Shown here in pieces: positions 24,923-34,195 of a stretch of DNA of 64,000 nt (positions are counted from its first letter, which is position 1; the number at the start of each line of letters is the position of its first letter). The stretch lies in NCBI RefSeq assembly GCF_000315625.1, contig NW_005434590.1, positions 275,950-339,949 of the forward strand. The letters run 5' to 3'. The notes under the pieces were generated by a model that had not been told where the DNA came from, did not search any database, and saw nothing but the letters and a program-made list of their open reading frames with translations. Both the position numbers and the translations under genes were made by a program. The DNA comes from Guillardia theta CCMP2712. Lineage: Eukaryota; Protista; Cryptophyta.

Positions 24923-26600
24923 CCCTCCCTTGGCTCTTGTGTGCCGATGCCAGCATTGTTACTTTGCCGCGCCTCCATTGACGGTGTCAGGCTTGTCAAA
25001 TTTGACTATGCCTTTCAAATGACCTGCTGCGGTTGACTCTTCGCGCGTCGTCGCCGCAGTATTCCCTCCCTTGCCTAGAGTAGGCGGGAGCTGTTGCTTG
25101 ACAGCAAGGTGGGCTCATGCTTGGTCTCTGGTCGTCTGCCTTGAAGCTGTATGGTTGCTCATCAGACTTGATATTCCTCTTTCCATAAGCGATCAGCCTC
25201 TTGACTTGACTTTCGCAGTAGGGCTGTGCATGGTACTGAAAGGTTCTCCTCAGCGCCCATCAGCACTGATGTGCCTGGCGACTTGGGACCTCCTTCATTT
25301 CTGCAGCATCATTTCATAACTTCGATCGAAGGTATGTCTTCATCGTCTGCTTCTTCGTCTTGCGAAGGCTTGGCGCTTCAAGCTGCCTTTCATTTCTTCA
25401 ACTCTGCTGTAGAGTTGGTTCGTCACAGTGTCATCACGTCGCCATCACAATATAGTGGCTTGTAACGAGGCTTTGGGACGTCTCCCTTCCTCGGTCTTCA
25501 CAACCTTCAAGCTTTCATCTGCCGTGCTCTAGGCTTGCCGCTTCAATCATCGCGGTGCTTGACCAGTGGAATCATGAGGTAACCCGGTCCTCTCCTCACT
25601 GTTGGCCACGTACAGGCTTTGAGGTTGGATTGAAAACAGCTCTTGTCACTTTTGACATTCAGAGCAACTTTGATCAGGACTGATCCCTCCATCATCGAGA
25701 TTTTCTCGCTGTCATGTCACCCCTCAGCTTCTTTGCCACACTCATCATCATGGTGGGAGAGCTATCTGGTGGCCTCGTCGTCATCTTGTGCGACTCCTGG
25801 CTCTGCTTGGCCCGGGGATCCCTGTGACTCGTCCATGTCACTTGACATAGGGATGATGCGAGGCTCGATGCTGATGTCATCATCAGATGTTCTCAGAGGT
25901 TCAGCCTGTCATGAAGTTCAGTATTCAGGTATGATAGTGAAAAGATATGATATTCCCTGATTTTGATTGTTCATTTAGTGAACCCTCCCTGACTGTCTCT
26001 GGTGTCGAACAGATGACCTCAGGCTGAAGTGGGTCCCCTGTGACTTCGCATCATCCATCTCCCTCCCTGACGAGGTGCAGGGAGCTTGGCTAGCTTGACA
26101 AGGTCTTGCATGAAGCAGCGGCGTAATGATGGTCAAACGGAGACCTGAGACATGTCGTTGCCGAACAAGAACGATGCTAGCTGACGAATTTTGGAGACTG
26201 GGCAGATCTTGGTGAGAATGTCCGCAGGGTTGTATGTAGTAGAAATCTTCACAGCGATGATTTCGTTTTCATCCACACTCGTTCGAGTGTACGGTGAAAA
26301 ACGGATTGAGCGTACCCCACATTTCTTCCTCCGTCTTAAAAACATTGTTGCCCGAATTTTCCTTAAGCTTAGTCAGGTCGATACTTGTTTTTGAGAAAGC
26401 TTCATGAATTTCCATTGCCATTTTGATATCAGAACCCATGTTTGACTCCAGGCTCAGCTGTTACTACCGTTGTCACTCCACAGATACTCTCCAACTGATG
26501 TCACTCCGAATGTGAGAGTAAGAGTCCACTGGTTGCCGTGATACAAGGTTTCTCGAGAAATAGAATATCTAGGCACTGATATTCTAAAAATTTTAGAATA

Positions 26601-27527
26601 TGTTGAAGTTCCCAGTAACCTTCTCTCCACAGACGGTGACACAGTCACAGTAGCAGTGACACTCGAAGTAGACAGTGATAGCACCGACTGCAAGTTTCTG
26701 TAGCAGTGGTAATAGATATCACGAATGGCCGCGCAGGAATGATATCAGGATACAGAGAACAAACGGAGGTGATAAGAGATTGGTATAGATGGTCAAGCTT
26801 GTTTACTTCAAGCAATCCAGTCTCACAGAGACCATACACCTCGTTCTCCTTTCCCTGTCCTGCCAATGCGTGCGGCGCTTCTTCCTCTTCCTCGGTCCCT
26901 AAAATAGGGGCTGCCCGGTCCTAGGAACTACCACTACCGGTACTCTACGCTTCTTATCTGCGATATGATTCTTCGACCGGTCCGAGGCCTGGTTCCGTAC
27001 CTTGAGGGTCCCCTGAGAAAGAGTCATAGGCTTGACATGACGAGGTTTTCGATTCTCATCCAACGCTCTCTGTGAAGTTGATGTAGCTGCTCCCTTGACC
27101 TTGACAGGTCCTGTGTCTCCGTAGGAGCATGCTTGGAGGTGGTCTCGTGCATTCCTTGTATGTCCTCCGCTAAGATGATCATGATAGTACTGTCTTCTTT
27201 GATCAGACCCCTTGTTCTCCCATGTCCATGACTTCAGGGGTGATACTTCCAATCTCCCCTTGAGCGTAGCCGTATTCTGCCACCGTGACGGTGTCATCTG
27301 CTGTCCTGTCGTGGACTGATATAAGCTGACTCGCTTATCTCCTGCTGCCATCCACGAGTCCTAAGTTCTTGCTGTCTTCTTCATGATTCTCCTACGTCGT
27401 CCTTATTGTAGCTGTTGCTGTCCTCTCCAGGGATGCATTCCGAGGCTCTAAGCATCTGTGCACTTGAGCCACGTCGATTACTTGGCATTGTCTGAGGTGA
27501 AGCTTCCTCCTATCAGGTGCTTCAACA
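26601..27527 (-). repeat. 5' LTR of the Copia-derived element
   Basis: Direct repeat of 23996-24922. Confidence 0.95.
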
Positions 27528-28608
27528 GAATCAACTCAACATAGACGAAGAGAGAAACTTCTTACCGTATTCATACCTGTTGAATATGATCGATGATATG
27601 GAGCAAAAATACCTTGAGGCAAAAACTAGATACGGTCCACAAGGCTATCATACATACAAGCTACATATGAACACTTTGATCTTAATGTCATATCTGTATA
27701 CGCCACCCCTGCGTTTGGAGCTATCTAATGCCCGCTTCACTAAGACCCTAAGAAATTTAGAACCAGGCAAAAACTACATATACATTCCGCAAAATGGCAA
27801 ACTGGTCAAGTATGTCCTGAATGAGATCAAGAAGAAACACAAACCAATCGAATATGATGTTGGATATCCTATGAATGATGATCCTTTGGCAAAGAGGCTT
27901 ACCGAGTTCATCAAGATGTCCCTTCGTGAGTATCCAAGGGAATACTTCATAACCCTTTATACTGACAAAAATAAGCCAGCTAAAAAAGCAATGACAACAT
28001 ATCTCTCAAGTATGTTCGCTGACCATTCCTTGAACGTGAATATGTTCCGCTCTTCCTACGTGAGTTGGTTGTACTCGAACAATGTTAGCACGAATATATT
28101 GGAAGAAGTGGCATTGAAGATGCGAACAAGCATCTTGACGTTTATGAAGAATTATAAGAAGCTGAATTCTGAACAGATTAGGGTCAAGAGGGAAAGAGAT
28201 GATGATAACAGACCTATTACAATCAATGAGGCGGATGATTCACCAGCGGCTCGGGGGCCTGTCGCAAATCCTATTGCTGCCATTCCACAACCACAACCAA
28301 GACAACCCCATAAGGAGTACAAAGACCCTATCGTCTTAAGACGCGCCAGGGTGAACCGTTACATTGAGAAGACAGGCGGTAGAGAGGCCTTCAATGAGCG
28401 ACAGAAAAAGTACTATAAAGAGAACAGCAAAACTCTATACATCAAGAAACTGTTGAGGATGTACAACACCACCAAGGAGGCAATAGATCCTATCCAACAT
28501 ACCATAAAGAAGTATAAGCTCTACAAGGAAGGGAATGAATGGAAATCTCTGGAGCTTGGGTAAAAAATGATATAAAACAGATATGATAAATATTATATTG
28601 ATAGAGTG

Positions 28609-28875
28609 ATGTTCGACTTGACTTTCTATGATAAAGTCCTTAAATGGTCCGATGAGTTGTCTATAAAACCAACACATAGCAGCGTATTATCTCGTCATCA
28701 AATGTGGTGTCTTAAAAAACGAGGGGATTGTGGTGGAAAAGATCACAGAGATATGGTCAATGATAGATTGTTTGGTCGGTACGTTAAGAGTTGGATGATT
28801 TACTTTGATATGTCATTAGACAAGATACATAATCCAAAAATGCCTTTGAAAGTGATTGGAATTGATAAGATATAA
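28609..28875 (+). CDS. PLV small hypothetical protein
   Basis: ORF downstream of promoter motif 28562. Confidence 0.6.
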   Translation: MFDLTFYDKVLKWSDELSIKPTHSSVLSRHQMWCLKKRGDCGGKDHRDMVNDRLFGRYVKSWMIYFDMSLDKIHNPKMPLKVIGIDKI

Positions 28876-28926
28876 AAAATGAAAAAAAATGATATAAAGT
28901 ATTTAGCAATAATATTATATGATCAT

Positions 28927-29142
28927 ATGAATAAAGAAGAAAAAAAAATGAGCGCATCATTAGAATGGTATTATAAAAAGAGAGAGAATGATCCTGAATA
29001 TGTTCAGAAAGAACGTGAACGTAAGAAATTAGATAATCATAGAAGATATCATTCATCTGAAGAGGAACGACAAAAACAAATTAAAAGATCTCTTGATAGA
29101 TACTATAGAATTAAGGCCCAAAAACTGGCCATCGTTCAATAA
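28927..29142 (+). CDS. PLV small basic helical protein
   Basis: ATG 28 nt after promoter motif 28884; Lys/Arg/Glu/Tyr-rich. Confidence 0.6.
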   Translation: MNKEEKKMSASLEWYYKKRENDPEYVQKERERKKLDNHRRYHSSEEERQKQIKRSLDRYYRIKAQKLAIVQ

Positions 29143-29263
29143 TTCATACAGTTTTTTTGAAAGCATGCTATATTTTACTATTTGTTCTCATTTTTTGTGT
29201 TTTGCCATAAAAAATGATATAAAGATTTCAGCCATAAAATTATCTAACCTAAGAATAAAGGCA

Positions 29264-31588
29264 ATGAACGGTTCAAGCGGTTTGAACAATTACCACTATC
29301 TTTTGAAGAAAGGCTTTGCTTTGACAGCTGTCCACCCCCGCAAGTATGAGGGCGATCGGTTTGTCAAGGGAAAGATCGACGGAGTTGATAAGCCTTATAT
29401 TGATGCTGGTTGGACTAAACAAGAAGTTAATGAGGGGAATGCTTCGGTAGTCTACAACATTATCAATGACAAACCATTCTATGCTGTCCGAACTGGTGAG
29501 ATATCAAACATTATCGGCGTTGACATCGATAGTGACAAGGCTGAAAAAGATGGTATCCCTCGCTCTTTGGAGTTTGAGGAGTGGTGTAAGGCTTCTGGTA
29601 CATATACCATCAAGTCCCCACACGGATATCATTTCTATTTCAGATATGATAAAGATATTAGTAAGAGCGGATCGATACTCGATCATATTGACATTCAATC
29701 AAATGACAAGTGCCTCTTTGCTCCAAATGTCAAACGGGTTGATGGTGTGTATGAAGTCATAAATGAAGCACCTGTAAAGGCAATGCCTGATAAAGTCAAG
29801 AGCTTTATTCTTAAGCATAAACAAACCAGAGATTGTGGGATGGCTGCCAAGCAAGAGAAGGCACCCGAAGCACCCGTCAAAGGTCCTAAAAGTTCAGATG
29901 GGGATGCTGAGGATAGTGAAATAGATGTTGATGATGTTAAAAAGTTGCTCAACCTCATCTCTCCTGATTGCGATTACAATCGTTGGATCAGGGTCCTCGC
30001 GGCAGTCAACAACACTCTCGGTTCTAATGATAAGGCCTATGATATCACCGATGAATGGTCCTCAAAATCTATCAAATATGACCCAAGATCATTTGGTCGT
30101 ATTTGGAACTCGGTAAGGGGCTATGAAGAGATTACAATTGGCACCTTACATCACTATGCTAAGGAAGAACAACCTGAACAATACAAGGAATTATTTGCGC
30201 ATAAAAAAACGAGCATACCAAGAGTTGATATCAGCAAATTGAGGAAATATGAGGATATCAAGGAAGCTTTTGAAAAAGATACGTTTATGGTTTGTATCCC
30301 TCCCGTATATTTTCATAAAAATCGCTATGGTGATAAATACACAGTTGTGAAAGAGGATGGCATCAAACAGGCATATAGGCATCTCAGGTATATCAAGAAT
30401 GTCGGAACAGATAATAAGGGTAATATCAAGACAAAAGAAGCAAGCTTCATCACTGACTGGGTTTCCGACCCTGATAAACGCGTTTATGAATCAGTGAAGT
30501 TTGATCCAAGCAGGAAAATAGATTCTGATATATTCAATACTTTCACTGGATTTGAGGCCGAAAAACATCCCGAAATTGATGAGACGCTTATGATGGAATT
30601 GGTACAACCATACATTGACCACTTTGATATGCTCTTTGGCAGTGATGCTAGAATATTCGTTATGAAATGGATGGCGAACATCATCCAAAATCCAACTCAA
30701 AAATCTGGTGTTTGTTTGCTTTTGAAGAGTGAAGGAGAAGGTTCCGGAAAGACCACACCATTTGAGTATTTCGGAAGAAAGGTGATTGGAAACAATCATT
30801 ATAAGAACACCAGTGACCCAGAAAACGACCTCTTTGGTAGATTTGCTACTGCGATTCACAACTCATTGCTTGTCCAACTTGAAGAGATTAAAGGTGTCGT
30901 GTTTCATAAAAACGCTAGTACGTTTAGAGATATGATAACCAAGAATACAGCACGATGGGAGGTTAAAAATGTCACTGTCAAAGACGATGATGAGAACTTT
31001 GCGAGCTTTATATTAACCACCAACAATGAGAACCCTATAACTGTCACTCCAACTGATAGGCGCTTCTGTGTACTAAATGTAAATGAAGCTATGATTGGGA
31101 ATGTTGAATACTTCGAAAGATTTATTGAAGTGGTAGAACATCCGTCTTGGGGCAGGGCGTTGTTTCAATATCTTAGAGATTTGGAAGGCGTGCCAAAGAA
31201 CATCGCCCAATTCCAAAACCAAAGATATAAAAGCGAGGCTTATGATGATATGCGAAAGCAAAACATCCCTAACTGGGCCAGGTTCTTGATCAATAAGGTG
31301 ATGCTCAAAACTTCTCTCATCAAGAACAACTCTGTTGAAATCAAACCAACAGAAGATGTAAAAGCTAGTAAATTATATGATGAATACGTTCAATACTGCG
31401 AGAAGACACGTGTTGAAGCTGCGACAATGAAACAGACTGGATTTGCTATAAAGATTAAGTCTGTTGAGGGGATCATAAAACAGAGAAGTAGATTATGTTG
31501 TAATTATACGATTGATTGGGAAGCTGTTGAAAAATGGCTTGTCAAAAAGAATTACTGGGATGATGATAATATCACAGTAGAGATATAA
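29264..31588 (+). CDS. Primase-polymerase + PriCT-2 + SF3/D5-like helicase fusion
   Basis: GVDIDSD and SPHGYHFYF (Prim-Pol); DYNRWIRV...DEWSSKS.KYD...ITIGTL (PriCT-2); GEGSGKTT, VQLEE, TTNNEN, DRRF (helicase). Start placed at ATG 29264, after the promoter motif. Confidence 0.9.
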   Translation: MNGSSGLNNYHYLLKKGFALTAVHPRKYEGDRFVKGKIDGVDKPYIDAGWTKQEVNEGNASVVYNIINDKPFYAVRTGEISNIIGVDIDSDKAEKDGIPRSLEFEEWCKASGTYTIKSPHGYHFYFRYDKDISKSGSILDHIDIQSNDKCLFAPNVKRVDGVYEVINEAPVKAMPDKVKSFILKHKQTRDCGMAAKQEKAPEAPVKGPKSSDGDAEDSEIDVDDVKKLLNLISPDCDYNRWIRVLAAVNNTLGSNDKAYDITDEWSSKSIKYDPRSFGRIWNSVRGYEEITIGTLHHYAKEEQPEQYKELFAHKKTSIPRVDISKLRKYEDIKEAFEKDTFMVCIPPVYFHKNRYGDKYTVVKEDGIKQAYRHLRYIKNVGTDNKGNIKTKEASFITDWVSDPDKRVYESVKFDPSRKIDSDIFNTFTGFEAEKHPEIDETLMMELVQPYIDHFDMLFGSDARIFVMKWMANIIQNPTQKSGVCLLLKSEGEGSGKTTPFEYFGRKVIGNNHYKNTSDPENDLFGRFATAIHNSLLVQLEEIKGVVFHKNASTFRDMITKNTARWEVKNVTVKDDDENFASFILTTNNENPITVTPTDRRFCVLNVNEAMIGNVEYFERFIEVVEHPSWGRALFQYLRDLEGVPKNIAQFQNQRYKSEAYDDMRKQNIPNWARFLINKVMLKTSLIKNNSVEIKPTEDVKASKLYDEYVQYCEKTRVEAATMKQTGFAIKIKSVEGIIKQRSRLCCNYTIDWEAVEKWLVKKNYWDDDNITVEI

Positions 31589-31611
31589 TTAGATTGATGG
31601 TTAGTCTTTCC

Positions 31612-31827
31612 CAACCCTACACAAAATCACAAACCCTACACAAACCCTACACACTCTATTTTCCTTACCATAACAATGTCATTATATTATTTTATTTAGT
31701 ATAAATAGACACTAGTGTGTAGGGTGTGTAGGGTGTGTAGGGTTTGAAATGAGTTGAGGGAAATAAATAAAATAAAAAAAAGGGTAACTCATTTCAAACC
31801 CTACACCCTCCACACCCTACACACTCA
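31612..31827. repeat. Internal copy of the ACCCTACAC iteron module (putative replication origin)
   Basis: Same forward-reverse-forward repeat layout and spacers as ~21500-21730. Confidence 0.75.
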
Positions 31828-31930
31828 GTAACAAATATAGAATGTTTCCTATAATAATCTTACCATCTCAGTCACATAATAGGAAATGTGGATAGTTTTG
31901 ATGAAAAAAAACAATCTCCCAACAATATAA

Positions 31931-32254
31931 ATGAGCAAGTATACCTATGCCTCTCTCTCTCCATCTCAAGCAAAGCACAAGAAGTACAAGTTAGTACTCT
32001 ATGACAAAGATCAGAAGAGGATCAAGACTGTTCAGTTCGGTGATAGTCGATATCAGGACTTCACACAGACCCACAATGATCAACTTAGGAAGTACTACAT
32101 AGCGAGACACGATAACGGTCGTGAGGATTGGTCGGTCCCTGATACCCCCGCATCCTGCGCAAGGTGGATCTTATGGGATCAGTACACAAAAGAGAAAGGA
32201 TTTGAGAACTACCTCAGGCGATTCCACTTGAAGCGCCTAGATCTGTCTGACTAG
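31931..32254 (+). CDS. Tlr6F-like (DUF5754-like) protein
   Basis: KHKKY...TVQFG..RYQDFT..H....R..Y..RH...ARWILW pattern typical of this PLV/virophage/giant-virus family. Confidence 0.8.
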   Translation: MSKYTYASLSPSQAKHKKYKLVLYDKDQKRIKTVQFGDSRYQDFTQTHNDQLRKYYIARHDNGREDWSVPDTPASCARWILWDQYTKEKGFENYLRRFHLKRLDLSD

Positions 32255-32780
32255 GATGGTTAGAATAGCCTCCGAGTATATAAGGAATATATCTATGTTT
32301 AGATATGACAGACCCCATATTACTCTTGATGAATTCTGGGATCCCATTCACAGACTCCATAAGAGTGTCATAAGACTGGATGTAATTATTCAGTTTGTCG
32401 GAACTAATATCCCTATTAGTTAAGGTCTGTTCAATGCTATGCTCTAACTTACTAAATTTGCTTGCGAGGTCGTAGTACAAACTCGCTTTTTCACTTATCT
32501 TCAATTGGCTATTTACACCTATTAATACAGCCGTGACCGTATTGAAAACGATATTTATAATTCTCATTATTTTATCGTCCTGAAAACTGCCATTTAAGAC
32601 AGCAAGTGATGATGATAAGATGATCAATGGGATCATAACTATCTGCTTCCACAGATTATACCATCCCGCGGTTCTATTACATAGGATGCTCATGATCCTT
32701 GCCATCTCTTTGTACTTCTGCCATAGCTCGTTCTCATTGCTTTCAGTTCGTTCCAGTCTGACATTGATGTCAGGCATCAT
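32214..32780 (-). CDS. Two-transmembrane (SLATT-like) protein
   Basis: Two hydrophobic helices (IVMIPLIILSSSLAVL; IINIVFNTVTAVLIGV) followed by a helical cytoplasmic tail. Confidence 0.6.
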   Translation of the reverse strand: MMPDINVRLERTESNENELWQKYKEMARIMSILCNRTAGWYNLWKQIVMIPLIILSSSLAVLNGSFQDDKIMRIINIVFNTVTAVLIGVNSQLKISEKASLYYDLASKFSKLEHSIEQTLTNRDISSDKLNNYIQSYDTLMESVNGIPEFIKSNMGSVISKHRYIPYILGGYSNHPSQTDLGASSGIA

Positions 32781-32981
32781 TGGTCCTTATATATACATTA
32801 GAAGAATATTGGAAACCTTGTAGTGTCCCATCAGCGGCCACATACTGCCTTCCCTCCATAATCAATCTAATGCTATGATTCAACGCATCCAGATGCTGTC
32901 GATTGTGTACTGAAGATATTATTTTTTCGTTGGCCATCCATCACTATAAGAATAGTCTAAAAAAAAGATAAGACGTGATGA

Positions 32982-33221
32982 TCACAAGCGTCGAAGCTGA
33001 TTTTCCATATTCTGGGCCTTCTCCAAGCCATTCTGAACCAATCCAACACCTTGGACAGCCTGCTTACTCAGCTCATTGATCTTTGCCCCTAAAGGGTGCT
33101 GTGTCAGTTTCCCTCCAAGCTCACGGTTGACGGCAGATCCAATCCTTCTAGCCATCACTAGACCTTGTCCCAGTCGCCTAGTGAAATTGAGTGCCTGTCC
33201 TAGTCTTGATGTAAGAGCCAT
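32982..33221 (-). CDS. Small basic amphipathic protein (possible virion core protein)
   Basis: 79-aa ATG ORF with repeated RLGQ, at the end of the structural block. Confidence 0.6.
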   Translation of the reverse strand: MALTSRLGQALNFTRRLGQGLVMARRIGSAVNRELGGKLTQHPLGAKINELSKQAVQGVGLVQNGLEKAQNMENQLRRL

Positions 33222-33314
33222 ATTCTTTTAACTATAGATAGATTTTTTTATAACCTTTTCCGCTTTGCGCAAAAGCTTAACCAAAAACAGCGGCGCCGGG
33301 GGCCGCAACCCCCG

Positions 33315-34166
33315 CTAATTAATGTTCATATACTGAGTTATGATCAGATACAGTTCCTGGAGATAGTCAACGATCCTCATCAATAATCTCAAAACCTTCT
33401 CTTGATAGATATTTGAATCATTCTTTACTTTCTCGAACCTAAGGTGTAAGAAGAAATCATTGAATCTTTCGAGAGTTCTATTTTCCTCATTCGTTAGCCT
33501 AAGCGTAAACTGATCGATTGTATCTGATTGAGTGTTTATTATAGACCTCCATCTGCTATCATAAGGAGCTTCATAATTGATAAGAGAATTGGGTGCTTGA
33601 TTCACGACAAATGAAAACAATATATCGTTGGGATAGAACTGATCGGTCTCGATATTTGCTAATCCACTCTGATTCAGCCCAATATCCCCATCGATCCTCA
33701 TAAATATAAGCTGATCCGATGTCATATTGATTGGGAAATCGCTATACACTCCATCAGTTGTAATAAGGATATCCTCATCATTGTTGAATCCTAAGAACTG
33801 TGAGCAGTTGACACACCTAAGAGTGACATTGTTTCCTGTATTGCTAGCAAAAAACCACTTGTTAAGCCTTGGAATATATGACACATCTATCTTTTCGTTC
33901 AGCTTGGTCTTGAGCTCCTCCTCCAGCTCATATATATTTGGGTTGCCCTCATCAAGTCTCACTAGAACATCATCAATCATAATAGTATCGTTGTAACCAT
34001 ACTGAATGTTCTTCCAAGAAATCACAGACTGGAACGAGACAACTGAGACTACCCACGACTGATTTCTTTTGCTTTGAATGTAACTGTTTGGGAGGTTGAC
34101 CATAACAACACCACTCGATTTAATACAGTTCTTCGAGTTAATGAAAAGATTAACCGTGTCTTCCAT
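33315..34166 (-). CDS. Minor capsid (penton-like single jelly-roll) protein
   Basis: LFINSK, NI..G.ND, GNPNIYEL and terminal F.LRLTNE...F.L.L.F patterns typical of PLV minor capsid proteins; position in the structural block. Confidence 0.75.
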   Translation of the reverse strand: MEDTVNLFINSKNCIKSSGVVMVNLPNSYIQSKRNQSWVVSVVSFQSVISWKNIQYGYNDTIMIDDVLVRLDEGNPNIYELEEELKTKLNEKIDVSYIPRLNKWFFASNTGNNVTLRCVNCSQFLGFNNDEDILITTDGVYSDFPINMTSDQLIFMRIDGDIGLNQSGLANIETDQFYPNDILFSFVVNQAPNSLINYEAPYDSRWRSIINTQSDTIDQFTLRLTNEENRTLERFNDFFLHLRFEKVKNDSNIYQEKVLRLLMRIVDYLQELYLIITQYMNIN

Positions 34167-34195
34167 TGAAAGCTACTTTTACAATAGTCAAATAT

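Larger units (their letters stand above)
23996..27527 (-). mobile_element. Non-autonomous Copia-derived LTR retroelement (3.5 kb)
   Basis: Two 927-bp TGTTG...CAACA repeats; purine tract AAGGGAGGG on - next to 24922; Copia-type RNase H tail remnant (KISTTYNPADILTK) at 26133-26345; flanking duplication GAA. Confidence 0.88.
23145..28563 (+). pseudogene. PLV tyrosine recombinase/integrase (~627 aa reconstructed), split by an LTR element
   Basis: 23145-23995 joins 27531-28563 in frame (...IETKN|QLNIDEERNF...). C-half has PPLR, LNEIKKKH, NMFRSSYVS and VALKMRTS...KNY, matching divergent YR catalytic motifs. Confidence 0.8.

Noticed and set aside
24040-27351. Duplicated small genes (73, 72 and 150 aa)
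   Set aside because: Incidental ORFs inside the two identical LTRs.
29093-29263. N-terminal extension of the primase-helicase
   Set aside because: Non-ATG start overlapping the previous gene; the promoter motif at 29209 points to ATG 29264.
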